Counted from the first letter of the stretch, positions 36,405 through 50,124 are shown. The stretch is DNA of 64,000 nucleotides from Octopus vulgaris (GCA_951406725.2 OX597818.1:39990001-40054000); one strand, 5' to 3'. The notes: generated by a model not told the origin, from the letters alone. Made by a program: numbers and translations.

Positions 36405-36785
36405 CTGTTGTTGGCATCCTTTAGTCTCAAGAGTGTTGCGCATAAACTAATCCAGTCTGGTTTTTACATTTCATGTCCTCTCCAGTTTTGCACAGGCCTG
36501 GGCTAGATGTAAGAAAATCCTGATAGCCCAATCGTCAGGATTCCTCTCTCGACGTTGCTGACGTAGTCCAAAGGAGTGCAGAGCATTACGTTTGGCACCA
36601 GCTTGGTTGCAGGAGCTGCTGGAAGAGTGTTGAGTCAAACACTAAACCACTTACAGGGCTCTACTCCAGATTTCTTTGAAGGTTGTCTCCTTTCCGTAAC
36701 CTTGGATAGGGGCCCATACTGGGTACTGTCAGTCGGAGCCAGCTGAGCCTGGGACTCGTGTCAGGTAGGGTCGTCACTCCCTGAA
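36405..36785 (-). mobile_element. Probable bipartite non-autonomous RTE derivative (5' UTR joined to 3' end)
   Basis: GC-richer block; minus strand GCAGCTCCTGCAACCAAGCTGGTGCCAAAC..TTGGACTAC..GTCGAGAG resembles RTE 5' UTRs as I recall them; ends CTCTTGAGACTAAAGGATGCCAACAACA like RTE tails. Confidence 0.45.
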
Positions 36786-38033
36786 GTAGTGAAGAAAATC
36801 ATTACCCACTACCTATAATTATAATATAGTAATTATAATCAATGTAGACATAATAAGCATAGTTATATTCAATGCAGACAAATGAAGATTGGCAATAATG
36901 AGGCCTCCATGCTTGATCAATTAAAAGTAGTAGGCAAATTGCTCTCAAATCACATACTGCTGACTACAAAAAATATAAAAAATAAGTTAAAAAAAAATGA
37001 AAATGAAATTTGGCACAAGGCCGGCAATTCCAGGGAAAGGGGTTAGTCAATCACATTGACTGATCTTTGGCTGGTTCACTGGTACTTTATTGAACTTGAA
37101 ACGACGTGATGCAAAGTTGGTCTTGGTAGGATCTGAACTCAGAACATAAAGCACATAAAGCCACAAAAAATGCTGCTAAGCAGTTTGTCCAGCTTGCTAA
37201 TGATTCCACCAGCTAGACTAGACACATGGGATTATGTATTCCAGGTTCCACAATATCTAATAGATATGATGGTCGTGGCTGGAATGCTTTTGATTATAGT
37301 TCCATTCAATGTATGTGGACTTAGGGTTATCAAGTGAAATAACTGGAGATTTATTGGTGACCCAGCACAGAGGATGAGCACTTGACTGCTTTGTTTTTTT
37401 ATTACCGAATTTTTGTTGAAATCCACTGCTTCTGTTTTAATTAATTTTGAAAAGAATGAAGAACTTAGCAAAATAATTATATCATTATTAAGCTGGGGTT
37501 TGGAACATAAACAAACATGAAATTTTGGTGGAAGGTTTAAATTTAAATCCCTTTAAAATAGGAAGCCTGTATCATGGAAGCAGGAGTAATCTCTGGTGGG
37601 TTGTTATCAAAAGGATAAATGCCTGGAGCATCGAAGTGTTATGAGGAAAAAGGATATTAACCAGTTGCTAATGTTTTTATTGATGAGGGAGGTAATTCTG
37701 GACATGTTTCAGTATTATTCTGGTCTCATTTGGCAAAACAAACTTCCACATAATTCCCAAAGTAAGTAATGAATTAATTCCTACGTAAAGGTACAAATGT
37801 ATGAAATCATTAAGTTTATATTTGTTTTGCAATATTTCTGATGTGAAATCGTGTATTGAAACAGATATTATTTTGGGGGTGGGTCACTTCCTTCCTTCCT
37901 CCCCTTTCTTCCTTCCTTCCTCCTCCCCTTTCTTCCTTCCTTCCTTCTTTTCAATTAACCACATGCACTATATACTCATTCTTCACTTTAGCTTTATTAT
38001 TATTCCTTTAGTATCCTTTGTTTGAAATCTTTT

Positions 38034-38408
38034 GGCTGTGTGGTAAGTAGCTTGCTTACCAACCATATGGTTTCAAGTTCAGTCCCACTGCGTGGCACTT
38101 TGGGGAAGTAACTTCTACTATAGCCTCGGGCTGACCAAAGCCTTGTGAGTGGATTTGGTAGACGGAAACTGAAAGAAGCCCATTGTATATATGTATATAT
38201 ATGAGTGTGTGCATGTTTGTGTGTCTGTGTTTGTCCCCCCACAACATCGCTTGACAAACTAACACTGGTGTGTTTACGTCCCCATAACTAAGTGGTTTGG
38301 CAAAAGAGTCTCAGAATAAGTACTAGGCTTACAAAGAATAAGTCCTGGTGTCGATGCTCCAGCATGGCCTCAGTCAAATGACTGAAACAAGTAAGAGTAA
38401 AAGAGAGT
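38034..38408 (+). mobile_element. SINE A nested in repeat E (about 37815-38485)
   Basis: Flanks match 52417-52545 and, reversed, 52690-52770. Confidence 0.85.
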
Positions 38409-38825
38409 ATGTCCTGTTACCTCTTCAGCAACTCTCCATCCCATGCATTTCTTCCTGTTGTATGTAGTCCATTCTCAATGGACTAAATAGGGCAGGAGGG
38501 TTGATCAATTAACCCAGGGCTGATCAATGCTTTGTGAGTGAATTTGGTAGGTGGCAGACAAAAACTGTGTAGCAGCGCATCATGTATGTGTGTGTATTTG
38601 TCTTCAGCCACCACATGACAATATTGGTACTTTTTGACTTAAAAATAAGTACTAAGGTCAATTTGGCATTGCCCCAATATGACCACAGTCCAATAACTAA
38701 AACAACTAAAAGGTAGCCTTGCATTGGCCTAAGTAACTGCCCAGCAGAATTAAACCCAGAGTTCTTAAGTATGCTGCTGTCTCTACACTCAGTAATTGCT
38801 TGTATACACTTTATCTATTGCCATA

Positions 38826-39750
38826 GGCACAGGCATGGCTGTGTGGTAAGTAGCTTGCTTACCGACTACATTTCTGGGTTCAGTCCCACTGCGTGGTACC
38901 TTGAGTAAGTGTTTTCTACTATAGCCTTGAGCTGACTGAAGCCTTGTGAGTGGATTTGGTAGACAGAAACTGAAAGAAGCCTGTCATATTAATTCATTAT
39001 AGAATATAAGGATAAAAATCATGTTAATGATTTTTATTAGGTAGTCAGCATGCTATAAAAATTTATAGGTAATTTATACAGTAAATTAATGTGTGTGTGT
39101 GTGTGTGTTTGTGTGTCTGTGTTTGTCGCCCACCATCACTTGGCAATTGATGTTGATGCATATATGTCCCTGTAACTTAGCAGTTCGGCAAAAGAAACCG
39201 ATAGAATAAGTACTAGTCTTACAAAGAATAAGTCCTAGTCTTACAAAGAATAAGTCCTGGGGTCGATTTGTTTTACTGAATAGGTGCTCCAGCATGGCTG
39301 CAATCAAATGATTAAAACAAATAAAAGAATACTTCAGAATAGGCGCAGGAGTGGCTGTGTGGTAAGTAGCTTGCTAACCAACCACATGGTTCCGGGTTCA
39401 GTCCCACTGCGTGGCATCTTGGGCAAGTGTCTTCTGCTATAGCCTCGGGCTGACCAATGCCTTGTGAGTGGATTTGGTAGACGGAAACTGAAAGAAGCCT
39501 GTTGTATATATGCATATATATATGTATGTATGTGTGTTTGTATGTCTGTGTTTGTCCCCCTAGCATTGCTTGACAACCGATGCTGGTGTGTTTACATCCC
39601 CGTCATTTCGCGGTTTGGCAAAAGAGACCGATAGAATAAGTACTGGGCTTACAAAGAATAAGTCCCGGGGTCGATTTGCTTGACTAAAGGCAGTGCTCCA
39701 GCATGGCCGCAGTCAAATGACTGAAACAAGTAAAAGAGTAAAGAGTAAGA
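38826..39750 (+). mobile_element. Two head-to-tail SINE A copies (38826-39328, 39342-39750)
   Basis: Two heads and two tails in tandem; a SINE B (minus) follows at 39755-39958. Confidence 0.88.
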
Positions 39751-40371
39751 TATTGGTTTCACATTTTGGCACAATGCCAGCAATTTGGGGGGGAAGGGTA
39801 AATCCGTTGCAACAATCCCAGTGCCTAATTAGTACTTATTTTACCAACCCCAAAAGGATGTAAAGCAAAGCCAACCACGGCAGAATTTGAACACAGAGCT
39901 TAATAATGCCTCTAAGCATTTTACCTGGTGCAGTAATGATTCTGCCAGCTCACTGCCTTTGTCACACTTTAGACATTGTGTCATGTGTAGGTAGACGTTG
40001 TGTCTTGTGGTTCTGTGTAAATGGTTTTAATGTGTTGCATACAATATCCAGTGTTTTAATTGTTTGCTTTTGCTGTTTAGGTCCTGGTCAGCTCTTTCTG
40101 AGTAAGATCTATGATCAAAAGCGTTTCCACTCTGACTATCCTGTTTTTTCCTTTTTTTTATAAATACTGGTCGTCTGGTATGTTTTCTCTCTTTAAAATA
40201 GACAGGATGTGAGTTGAAGGAAATTTGATTGGTTTTTCTTCTTTTTTTGCCTGATTGGTGATTGGTCCGGTTTTCAAAATGGTGTCATTACTGAATGTAA
40301 TGTTGTATAATGTTAGATTATTATTCACTATTGCATGTAACTATCCTTGTATTTTTCTTTTGTCTTTTTCC

Positions 40372-40561
40372 CACTTGTTTCAGTCTTTAGACTGCAGCTA
40401 CATCAGGAGACTGCTTTCAATGACTTAACCAAATTGACCCCTATACTTATATATTTTTTAAGCCTAGTATTCTATTGGTCTCTTTTTGCCAAAATGCTAA
40501 TTTACAGGGACATAAACAAACTGACACTTGTTGTCACATGGTGGTAGCGGGGACACACACA

Positions 40562-40636
<75 letters not shown>

Positions 40637-40760
40637 GATGGGTTTCTTTCAGTTTCTGTCTATCAAATCTATTCACAAGGTTTTGGTTGGCCTGGCACTA
40701 TAGTAAAAGACACTTGCCCAAGGTACTACACAGTGGGATTGAAACTAGAACCATGCTTGC
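40372..40760 (-). mobile_element. SINE A (diverged) with long (CA)n
   Basis: TTTCAGTTTCTGTCTATCAAATCTATTCACAAGG..GACACTTGCCCAAGG. Confidence 0.8.
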
Positions 40761-40794
40761 ACCTTTAGTATTATTGTGTCACCTGATTTTTTTT

Positions 40795-41325
40795 CCTTCT
40801 TATGCTTTGTATGGTATGAGGAGATGAGATTGTGATGTCACCATCTACACAGGATGTCAAGTATACACAGTCTAGAAAAAATAGGATGTTGTCTGTGGAG
40901 AATACCACTAGATACTCAAGAAACATTAGATCTAAGAGGATATGTTGGTAAATGACTTGTATACATGGGGGATTGGTATCCTGTGTGAGAGTGTAATTTG
41001 ACTCACTACCATCAAAATATTTCCGAAATATCTCCAGTTTATTTGGATCATTATTTTTTGATGAGTGATTCCTAGGGACCAAATTTAAACTTTTGTGATG
41101 TGGTTTGTGGTGTTGCAGTGGTTTTTATTTATTTAAAAAAAAAATTTCTTATGGAGGTCACTTAAGAGTAGTGTAATGGTTAGATAGATGAGTTTGTGAG
41201 CCATATTTGGACAGAGGAAAGCTAGTGGTGATATGATACTTTCATATACTTTACCTGGAGCATCATGAAGTGTAACAGGATGCAAGCTACTTTTTAAGTG
41301 TTGTTTTATGACTGTTTTTATCAAG
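40795..41325 (-). pseudogene. Heavily decayed non-LTR RT fragment (non-RTE; I/Jockey-like group possible)
   Basis: In RT motif order: SSLHPVTLHDAPGKVYESII (cf. YRPISLL..K..ER), DITK..LVPRNH (cf. D.SKAFD.V), SGIL (cf. GVPQG), LTSCVDGDITISS (cf. YADD). Confidence 0.45.
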
Positions 41326-41370
<45 letters not shown>

Positions 41371-41596
41371 TGTGTGTATATATGTTAAGTGTAATCCATG
41401 ATTTCAAATGTTATCAAATTATGTTAGTGAGTATCACTGTGGTTGTGAGTGATGGTCATATTGTTATCATTAGATGTGGATCATTTTGGTGGTGATGATG
41501 ATAACAATAAAGACTCATGTGCCAAGAGAAGAACATTGACAAACTAAGTGAAAAGAGGAAAATGTGTCTGAAGGAAAATATTGTAAAATGGTTTAA

Positions 41597-41816
41597 CCCT
41601 TTCGTTACTGTACTTATTTTGAGATGCTTTGTGTTTCTTTCAATTACTTTAAATATAACAAAGAATTTAGTAAAATAGCTTAGTTATCATGAAACTAGTG
41701 TTAGGAACATAAATTGTGACTAAGGTTTGGTGGAAGATTTTAATTCAAAACTTAGGAAAACAAGACATTTGTACTCAGAGCCAGGGCTGGTTTCAGCTGG
41801 GTTGGTAACGAATGGG
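41597..41816. mobile_element. piggyBac-type MITE family 1
   Basis: TTAA|CCCTTTCGTTAC ... GTAACGAATGGG|TTAA. Confidence 0.88.
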
Positions 41817-42421
41817 TTAATTGGAAATGATGGCAATTGGTATTATATTGCTGAATTATGTGACTGGAGAAAGATATTGATGATAAATTATGATACTGGA
41901 GGTGTATATTGTTGTTGTCGTTAGTGGGTGTGTGCCATCATCATTATATATCATATGCTTGCAGCGCATTGATGGCACTACAAGGAACAACTTCCTGATT
42001 AAGCACAGCAATGGCAGATCGAGAAATTAATTTTTTGTAACTAAGCGCTTTCAAACTTCGGACACTGGTAGAATGTGCCATATAAGACATCTTTTACTCT
42101 TAGCATTTCTGAGAAAAGTTTATATTTATGAAATTATTTCGTGTTAAAGTTGTCGTATTTCGGTAATTTCAACCAATCAATGATGTGTATTCAGCTGAAT
42201 AAAATTACTGCTGTTGTTTGTCAACAACAATTATTGGCAGTGTATATTTCGTTTGCCACTGTTGTTAATGACATCATTCGTGCATTTGTACTGGTTTTAA
42301 GGTTTTAGAGTTAGAGTTATGGAAGAAAATGAAAAATGAAGAAATTGTATGGGTAGGGGTTAGGGGGGCAAAAAAGTCTTTCTGAAAATAGCTGAAAAAC
42401 AGGAAAAAAAAATTATCTTTA

Positions 42422-42885
42422 TTATCATCATCATTTAATGTCTGCTTTCCATGCTGGAATGGGTTAGACGATTTGACTGAGGACTGGCGAACCAGATGGC
42501 ACAATTTCATCATCATCATCATCATCATCATTGTCATTTAACATCTGTTGTCCATGCTGACGTGAATTGGAAGGTTTGACCAGGGCTGGCAAGCTGGAAA
42601 ACTGCACCAGACTCCAGTCTGATTGGGCATGGTTCCTATTGCTGGATACCCTTCGTAACACCAACCACTTTACAGAGTATGCTGGGTGCTTTTATGTGGC
42701 ACTGGCACGAGTACTTTTTGCATGGTACTGGTACAAGATTCTTGCAAGTCAATCCTCTTTACCAGTGGGAGTGGCCTTAACAGTTCTGCTGTGGAGTATG
42801 GGTTTTCTTGAGTACAGCAAAGCATCACACATCTCGGTCCTTTGTTAGCTTGTCTGAAAGGTTCAGCATTCTGAGGTCATCCTTT
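42422..42885 (-). mobile_element. Two adjacent RTE-A 3' end copies
   Basis: Two (CAT)n TTTAA..TGCTTTCCATGC-type tails; the longer copy extends to a decayed ORF end. Confidence 0.78.
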
Positions 42886-42961
42886 ATTGTATTGTATCGT
42901 CCAGATGTATTACATGTAACCAATGGATCGCACATGGCAGCGTTCTGATGTTTTTAATGAA

Positions 42962-43280
42962 GGCACGTGGCTCAGTGGTTAGGGCATTTGGCTCACGATT
43001 GTAAGGTCGTGAGTTCAATTCCTGGCGACGTGTTGTGTCCTTGAGCAAGACACTTTATTTCACATTGCTTCAGTCCACTCAGTTGGCATAAATGAGTAGT
43101 ACCTGTATTTCAAAGGGCCAGCCTTGTCACACTCTGTGTCATGCTGAATCTTCCTGAGAACTACGTTAGGGGTATACGCATCTGTGGATTGCTCCGTCAC
43201 TTGCACGTTAATTTCATGAGCAAGCTATTCCGTTGATCGTATCAGCTGGGACCCTTGTTGTAACCGACGGAGTGCTCCTT
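42962..43280 (+). mobile_element. tRNA-headed CORE-like SINE family C
   Basis: A box TGGCTCAGTGG, B box GAGTTCAATTCC, core GTGTCCTTGAGCAAGACAC; 3' body also at about 57720-57830. Confidence 0.85.
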
Positions 43281-43839
43281 AAAAAATGAAACTTTATTTG
43301 TTTGCTGATCCTTATTTTCCATTTTTTCTTTTTCTGAATTTTTCAAATTGAAGAAGTAATTCATGGCTGCTCCAGCTTTTTTCTCTTCTTTCCCCCACTT
43401 CATCTAACCTTATTTCTCTCCACCATTTAAATATCAATAAATATCATCATTGTCCTTCTATATTCTGAATTCAAATTCCTCTGAGTCTATCCTTCTCTTT
43501 CGTCTCCATGTTTTGTAAAACTAGTAACAGTTATCACTCATGGAGAATGTCAATGCCTCTGTTCCTAAAAATTGTTACCGAAGACTAGGTCTTTGGATAT
43601 AATTGGGTTCTCTTTCTTGTAATCTTCATTTCATTGTCATCATGTTTTTCCATGGTTGAGCGGGTTTGCTGCATGAACTTGTAGCCATCTCTAGCAACAA
43701 TGTAGAGGCCCTTTCATTAGCATGAGTTAATATTTTATGTATCTAAATGAATAGATCTGCTTCTTATGCATACATAAAACCTTTCATATATTTAATAATC
43801 TTATTGCTTGCATTCATATTTACTAATAAATTAGTCCCG

Positions 43840-44098
43840 ACGGGCCCCCATGCCGGTAGCACGTAAAAAGCACCATCCGATAGTGGCCATTGCCAGCCCC
43901 GTCTGGCACCTGTGCCGGTGGCACGTAAAAAGCACCCACTACACTCACAGAGTGGTTGGCGTTAGGAAGGGCATCCAGCTGTAGAAACGTTGCCAGATCA
44001 GACTGGGCCTGGTGCAGCCTTCTGGCTTCCCAGACTCCAGTTGAACCGTCCAACCCATGCTAGCATGGAAAGCGGATGCTAAATGATGATGATAATGA
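43840..44098 (+). mobile_element. RTE-A 3' UTR copy
   Basis: Two tandem units plus the terminal block; other copies at 44935-45295, 53245-53730, 54433-54620 (-), 58240-58550 and 59541-59692 (-). Confidence 0.87.
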
Positions 44099-47038
44099 TC
44101 CAGCAGAGTAAAATTGTGTGTTTTTGTTGTTGACAAATGTATTCTGCTTGTAACCTTTGGTTGTAAACAATAGCAACAATGTACAACTAATATGTTGGAT
44201 TACAACCCCTCAGAAAAGAAAAAAGTTACTGGTTATGTGTTTTATAATCCGGTAGTCCTAGGGGTACCTCAGAACAAGTGTCATTTACCATATTTGTTAT
44301 GTTGACTCAAAGTCTTGTAAATAACGCTGGATAAAAGGAGACTGTGGAAATCTTCTGGCTAGACAGACAATGTGATGAGTTATAATTTTTCCACTCATTC
44401 CCTTTCCACTCATTCCCTTTCCACCAGTTTCTAAAACTCTGCAAAGGTCAAGGGTAAACTTTTTTCCTGTGACTAAGCAATGGAAAATAAAAAAAAAAAA
44501 TATTCAAGGGAAGAGGGAGTATTTATCTTTCATTTATTTAATGTCACTAAAACCAGATGTAAACATTAGTGGAGTAGACTGGAGATCTGTGAGAGGACAG
44601 ATGTATTTATTTTTCTGTTTTGTATTTTAATATTTCTTTTTGCTATCATTACATTTGTTTTCCCATGGTGACATATGAATGTATATTTTTTTTATTGCAA
44701 ATTTAAATATTTCCATCGTAGTGTTTATTTGTGCATGACAAAGAATGCAAAATATGTTTGTCAACAATAAAAGCAATGAGTAAATTTTTTTTTTTTACTA
44801 GATTTTCAGTCTTAATTTATTAGCAGTTTTGAATGTAATCAATAAGATTATCAGATATATGAAAAGTATCATGTATGCTTGCTGCCTCAGATAAAACTGT
44901 CTATTCTAGGCCAGCATGAAAAAAAAACAGGCATTATCAAATGGAAATTGTAGTTGTGATACCTGTGCTGGTGGCACGTAAAAAGCACCATCCGAACGTG
45001 GCCAATGCCAGCGCCGCCTTGACTGGCTTCTGTGCCGGTGGCACATAAAAAGCACCTACTGATCGTTGCCGCTGTCAGCCCCCCCACCCAACCCCTGGCA
45101 ACTGTGCTGGTGGCACATAAAAAGCACCCACTACACTCACGAAGTGGTTGGCATTAGGAAGGGCATCCAGCTGCAGAAACACTGCCAGATCAGACTGGAG
45201 CCTGGTGCAGCCTCCTGGCTTCCCAGACCCCAGTTGAACCATCCAACCTGTGCTAGCATGGAAAACGGACTTTAAACGATGATGATGATGATGAAAGATG
45301 ATGATATATAGCTGTCTCTCAATATGACACATGCTGCTCTCCAGTAAGAACACAGAAATGTGACACTAGCGTTATTTTAAGCATGTGTGCAAAAGAGATT
45401 CAAATTCTTTTTACACAACCATTGAATAGTAGAAGAACGTTGCTGGTGATTGGTTGCACTAGATGCTACAAGTAGGCAGGAATTTAAAAAGACAAGAGAA
45501 GAGACTAAAACTTGCTGATGGAAATAAAGCAACAAAAGAAAAAATGCTGTACTAGAACAAGACTAGTAGATTGTCTTAAAAAGCAGTTACTTTAGCCATG
45601 ATTGTCAATCACATGTGAGTCTCCAGTCACAGGAGATGCTGTATCACCAACAAAACTGAAGCAGTAATCGTTACTCATGGTCTTGCAAGATGAATGGATG
45701 CCTCCATAATGGTGGTGTATCACAGGCATGAGATTTTATATTAATTTTGCATTTCAGCATGGAAAATGAATGTGGATAACTGAGTCTATCCCTTTGGTGT
45801 TTAAGCCGGCCGTATCCGGCCCAAATATTCTACATGTTTTACATTCAAACTGGCCATATCTAGCCTCCCACACCTAACCTACATTGACATTGTAAGAATA
45901 AACTATCACGCCATTGAAACTTCAAAGCTATAAGATAATGTATGATTAATTCAAAACAATTTGAGTGAAAAATGTATTACATTTAACAGATTAATCTGAA
46001 CACTAAAGGGCTACAGGACATGAGATAAGTAACTGAAAGTTGTTAGATCATATCATTTTGTCCGAAGTGTTTTGTGTCTATGACCAATACATTTAAGTTC
46101 TAAATGGACCAATAAACCGTCTTTCTGTAAGTAGGTATTGTAGGAGAGGGATAACTCGCAGCTGGAAGCTGTGGGGGCATTGATGAATTCAACTCTCTTC
46201 TTCTTTAATTATAGCTTTGAAAGAGACTGGTTGAATCAAGCCATCTTGCTATATATTAATAACGAAATAATAAATAAAACCTATGCATATATACATACAT
46301 ATATGTACGTACCTACATCTATGTATATATACATGCATATATGGGTACAGGACACCAAAAAAACGTCGAACACAATGAGAAACGAAAAATAAAAACAAAA
46401 CCATGGAAACAGATATTATTTTAAACAACGGAAAAACAAGTACAAGACATACAACACAAGGAAAAATTCCCCTTCTTCAGCTGCCCCTGCTTCGTCTATT
46501 CCGTGTTTTGAAGGTAAAGGCGAGACACGACTTCGTTGAAACAGTCCTTCCCGTGAAGCAAATTAAATAAAATTTGGGATTTTTTACGGAGGGGTAAAAG
46601 TGGTAACAAAAAAACAGGACAGTAAAAACAATACAAATAAAAAAACAGTAAAAGACAGGACAAGGAAAATAACAGTAACACAAAGGGAAGGGCTGTTAAG
46701 CCTGAACGAAAGGATATTAGATGGATTTACAAGTCAGTAGACGTTGGCCTGCTTCCTCATCACCATGAAAAAGCATATGTGTGTTTGTTTGCAGATTTAG
46801 AGGTATGTGAATGTATGTGTGTGTGAGTGATGCATACACATAAGTGGCTGCACTTGAATGAATATATGAACGAGTGTGTGTGTGTTATTGTCTGTCTGTC
46901 CCGTCTGTTTGTAGTCTTTGTATGCAAGGCACTTAATGTCAAGATTCTTTTCCACCTGATGGCCTTCATTGTTACATCAAAACACTCAACCCAGTGATTT
47001 GCCTCTTGCAGTCAACTTAACCAGAGCTATGCATGTGT

Positions 47039-47088
<50 letters not shown>

Positions 47089-47204
47089 TCATTGATTGTC
47101 TCTCTCCCATACTCTTATGTATTTAATTTTCTCTCTCATTTCACACTCAGTACTGCTTTCTCATTCATCTACATATTCATTAGTTCTCTCCCACCTCCCT
47201 CTTC

Positions 47205-47670
47205 CCTTGTCTCTCTCTCTCGTTCTGTCTATTGTCTCTCTCTGTCTCTTCTCTTGTCTCTCTCCCTCTCCTTGTCTCTTTCCTTCTCAATGTACCTCTC
47301 TCTCCCTCTCACTCTCCCTCTCACTGTCTCTCTCTCCCTCTCACTGTCTCTCCCTCTCACTGTCTCTCTCTCCCTCTCACTGTCTCTCTCTCCCTCTCAC
47401 TGTCTCTCTCTCTCCTTGTCTCTCTCTCTCCTTGTCTCTCTCTCTCCTTGTCTCTTTCTGTCCCTCTTCCCTTGTCTCTCTCTCTCTCTTGTCTCTCTCT
47501 CTCTCTTGTCTCTCTCTCCCTCGTCTCTCTCTCTCTCTCTTGTCTCTCTCTATCTCCTCTCTTGTCTCTCTCTCTCCTTGTCTCTTTCTCCCCCCTCTCT
47601 CCTTGTCTCTCTCCCTCTTCCCCCTCTCTCCTTGTCTCTCTCCCTCTCCCTCCTCTCTTTCTCTCTCACA
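47205..47670. repeat. About 460-bp pyrimidine-rich CT compound satellite
   Basis: (CT)n with units CCCTCTCACTGT and CCTTGTCTCT. Confidence 0.95.
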
Positions 47671-47926
47671 TTCACACACTTCTGCCTTTCTCACTTGCTC
47701 ATTCATTCTTGACTCTCATATATTTATTTACCTGCACTCACTCATGCATGCAAACACACACACTCACACACATTAACATGCTCTCACTGTCTTTCTCGAT
47801 CTCCATTTCCATCTCTCTCTTGCTGTGTCTTACAAATATTCATTCTTTGCCTCCTGCAAAATCAAAAATTGATGTCAATTTGAATTTCCCCATTGCTTTA
47901 TGAATTGTATGTGTGTTTGCCCTTAC

Positions 47927-48155
47927 GTGTGAGGAAGGAGTAGGCCTAACCTACCACCATCCGGTTTAAAAACATTCATCTGGTCCTTGGGTGCTTTTCA
48001 GAGATTCCCTCTGTCATGCAGTCAGATCAGATTCCCAACTTCCCCCCTCTGCCTATATTTTCCTTCTTTAAGCTGGGCGCATCTGTTGCAGCAGTCTTAC
48101 CACTGTGCCTGTGTGCGAAGACCTGCAAAGGTCATATGCAAGTGCCACAGCTTCC
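47927..48155 (-). other. Candidate host exon (possibly 5' UTR or first coding exon)
   Basis: Unique GC-richer block; acceptor T(n)CAAATTTTTTCAG| at 48156; donors GTG|GTAAGA (48100) and CAC|GTAAGG (47926). No recognisable protein. Confidence 0.3.
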
Positions 48156-48659
48156 CTGAAAAAATTTGAAAAAAAAAAAAAAAAAAAAAATCATGCGTGT
48201 GTTTGTGCACATGTGTATTTGTCCCTGTAGGTTTATATGTGACACAGTGTGTGCGTTTTTTTTTTTGCTTTTTGCTTTCATTTACAGTTCATTTCATTTT
48301 GTTCTATATTAAATTTCCTATCCTGTGAGAAATGAAGGAACGAAAGGCAATTGACTGGTGACCAATAATTAGTCAACTGGTATTTAGTTGGGGAGTGTTA
48401 AATATAAACTGATTATGGTGTCTTTCTTATATTAAAAGTCACTGACGTAGTTAGCTTACGAGCAGCAGCAGAAGCAGCAGTAGCAGCAGCGAGACCTGGT
48501 TGGCCTAGTTATTAATAAACAGTACATATGGATCCTTCTTAGTTTTATTTTCCATTTGGCCTTTAAATAAATGTTTTCATATCACATGACAAATGACTAA
48601 ATTTCCCTAACGCAAAGCAAAGAATATTATGAAAGTAACACTTTCCGCCTACCCCTGCA

Positions 48660-48672
48660 TGTACATACATAC

Positions 48673-48717
<45 letters not shown>

Positions 48718-48810
48718 CATATATATACACATACATATGTACACATATATATAGATATATATATATGCATACATATATATATATATACACACACACACAC
48801 ATACATACAT

Positions 48811-48841
<31 letters not shown>

Positions 48842-48888
48842 ACACACACACACATACATATACATACATATATATATATATATATAAA

Positions 48889-48934
<46 letters not shown>

Positions 48935-48978
48935 CATACATATACATATATACATACACACACACACACACACACACG
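48660..48978. repeat. TA/CA/TACA compound microsatellite
   Basis: Visible directly; similar tract at 49516-49770. Confidence 0.95.
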
Positions 48979-49318
48979 TGTTGTATGCGAGTATGTAATA
49001 TTGTATATACTTTTACCTGGTATCACATGTTTCTTAACTGGTTTATTCAGAGAAAATAAGTTTAAGGAAAAGGGCTATAACCTAATTGACTTCCTCCTCT
49101 GTGTGTATATTTATTTATTATTCTTATACAAGAATGTTGTTGACAATGACTTTGAAGTTTGGATCATGGCTTAGTTGGTCGGACTTCAAAGTTACTGTTA
49201 GCAACGTTCTGGTATAGGAATAATAAATTTCTACTCTACAAAAGTATAGAGTAACCTATCAGATTAATGTAAAATTGTTTTCGTAACTGAACATAAAAAC
49301 AAACATTAATGTATACAT

Positions 49319-49359
<41 letters not shown>

Positions 49360-49959
49360 GCAGGTATGACAAAGTGGTAAGAAACTTGCTTCTCAACCAC
49401 ATGGTTCAGGGTTCAGTTCCATTGCATGACACCCTGGGCAAGTGTCTACTGCTATAGCCCTGAGTTGACCAAAACCTCATGAGTAGCTTAGGTATATGGA
49501 AACTGGAAGTTCATTGTGTGTGTGTGTGCATGTGTGTGTGTGTGTATGTATATATATAGATATGTATGTATATATATGTTTGTGTGTATGTATATATAGA
49601 TATGTATGTATATATATATATGTGTGTGTGTATATGTATATATAGATATGTATGTATATATATATATGTGTGTGTGTGTATATGTATATATAGATATGTA
49701 TGTATATATATATATGTGTGTGTTTATGTATATATAGATATGTATATATGTGTGTTAATGTGTGTGTATGCAGATTTGGTTGTCAAACAATGGTTGGGGG
49801 ACAAGTATATCGCAGCTTTTTCTGGCTAATATATGTAAATTTATATTGCGAACTCAGTATATTGCGGGTTTCTATGGCCAATAGGTATTTATATTTTTTA
49901 AAATTTTAGTTATTTCTGTGAGAAGTTTTGGAACGTATAACCTTCGATAGTCGAGGGAT

Positions 49960-50002
<43 letters not shown>

Positions 50003-50124
50003 TGATTGATTCTAGTTTCAGCTCATGAGCTGTGGCCATGCTGGGGCACACATACATACATACATACGTATATATAGTCTAATGAAGGCAAGCAAACTAA
50101 AATTTTGAAGTCACTGTCATCTCT

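Noticed and set aside
42295-42368. Interstitial telomere (TTAGAG/TTAGGG-like)
   Set aside because: Only one exact TTAGGG and a few variants; more likely part of an unclassified DNA-transposon relic at about 42020-42370.
46465-46522. Type II hammerhead permutation on the minus strand (CCTTC-AAAA..CTGAAGA-AGG)
   Set aside because: GAAA is mutated and stem I cannot be drawn; the surrounding 46330-46740 block is probably a repeat but I cannot classify it.
47092-47903. Ser/Leu-rich ORFs of over 200 aa
   Set aside because: Read-through of a CT satellite in all three plus-strand frames.
48028-48155. Selenoprotein reading GSCGTCI-TGA-PLQ on the minus strand
   Set aside because: Does not match a Sec motif I know (deiodinase GSCTUPP differs), no SECIS seen, and a second stop follows soon after.
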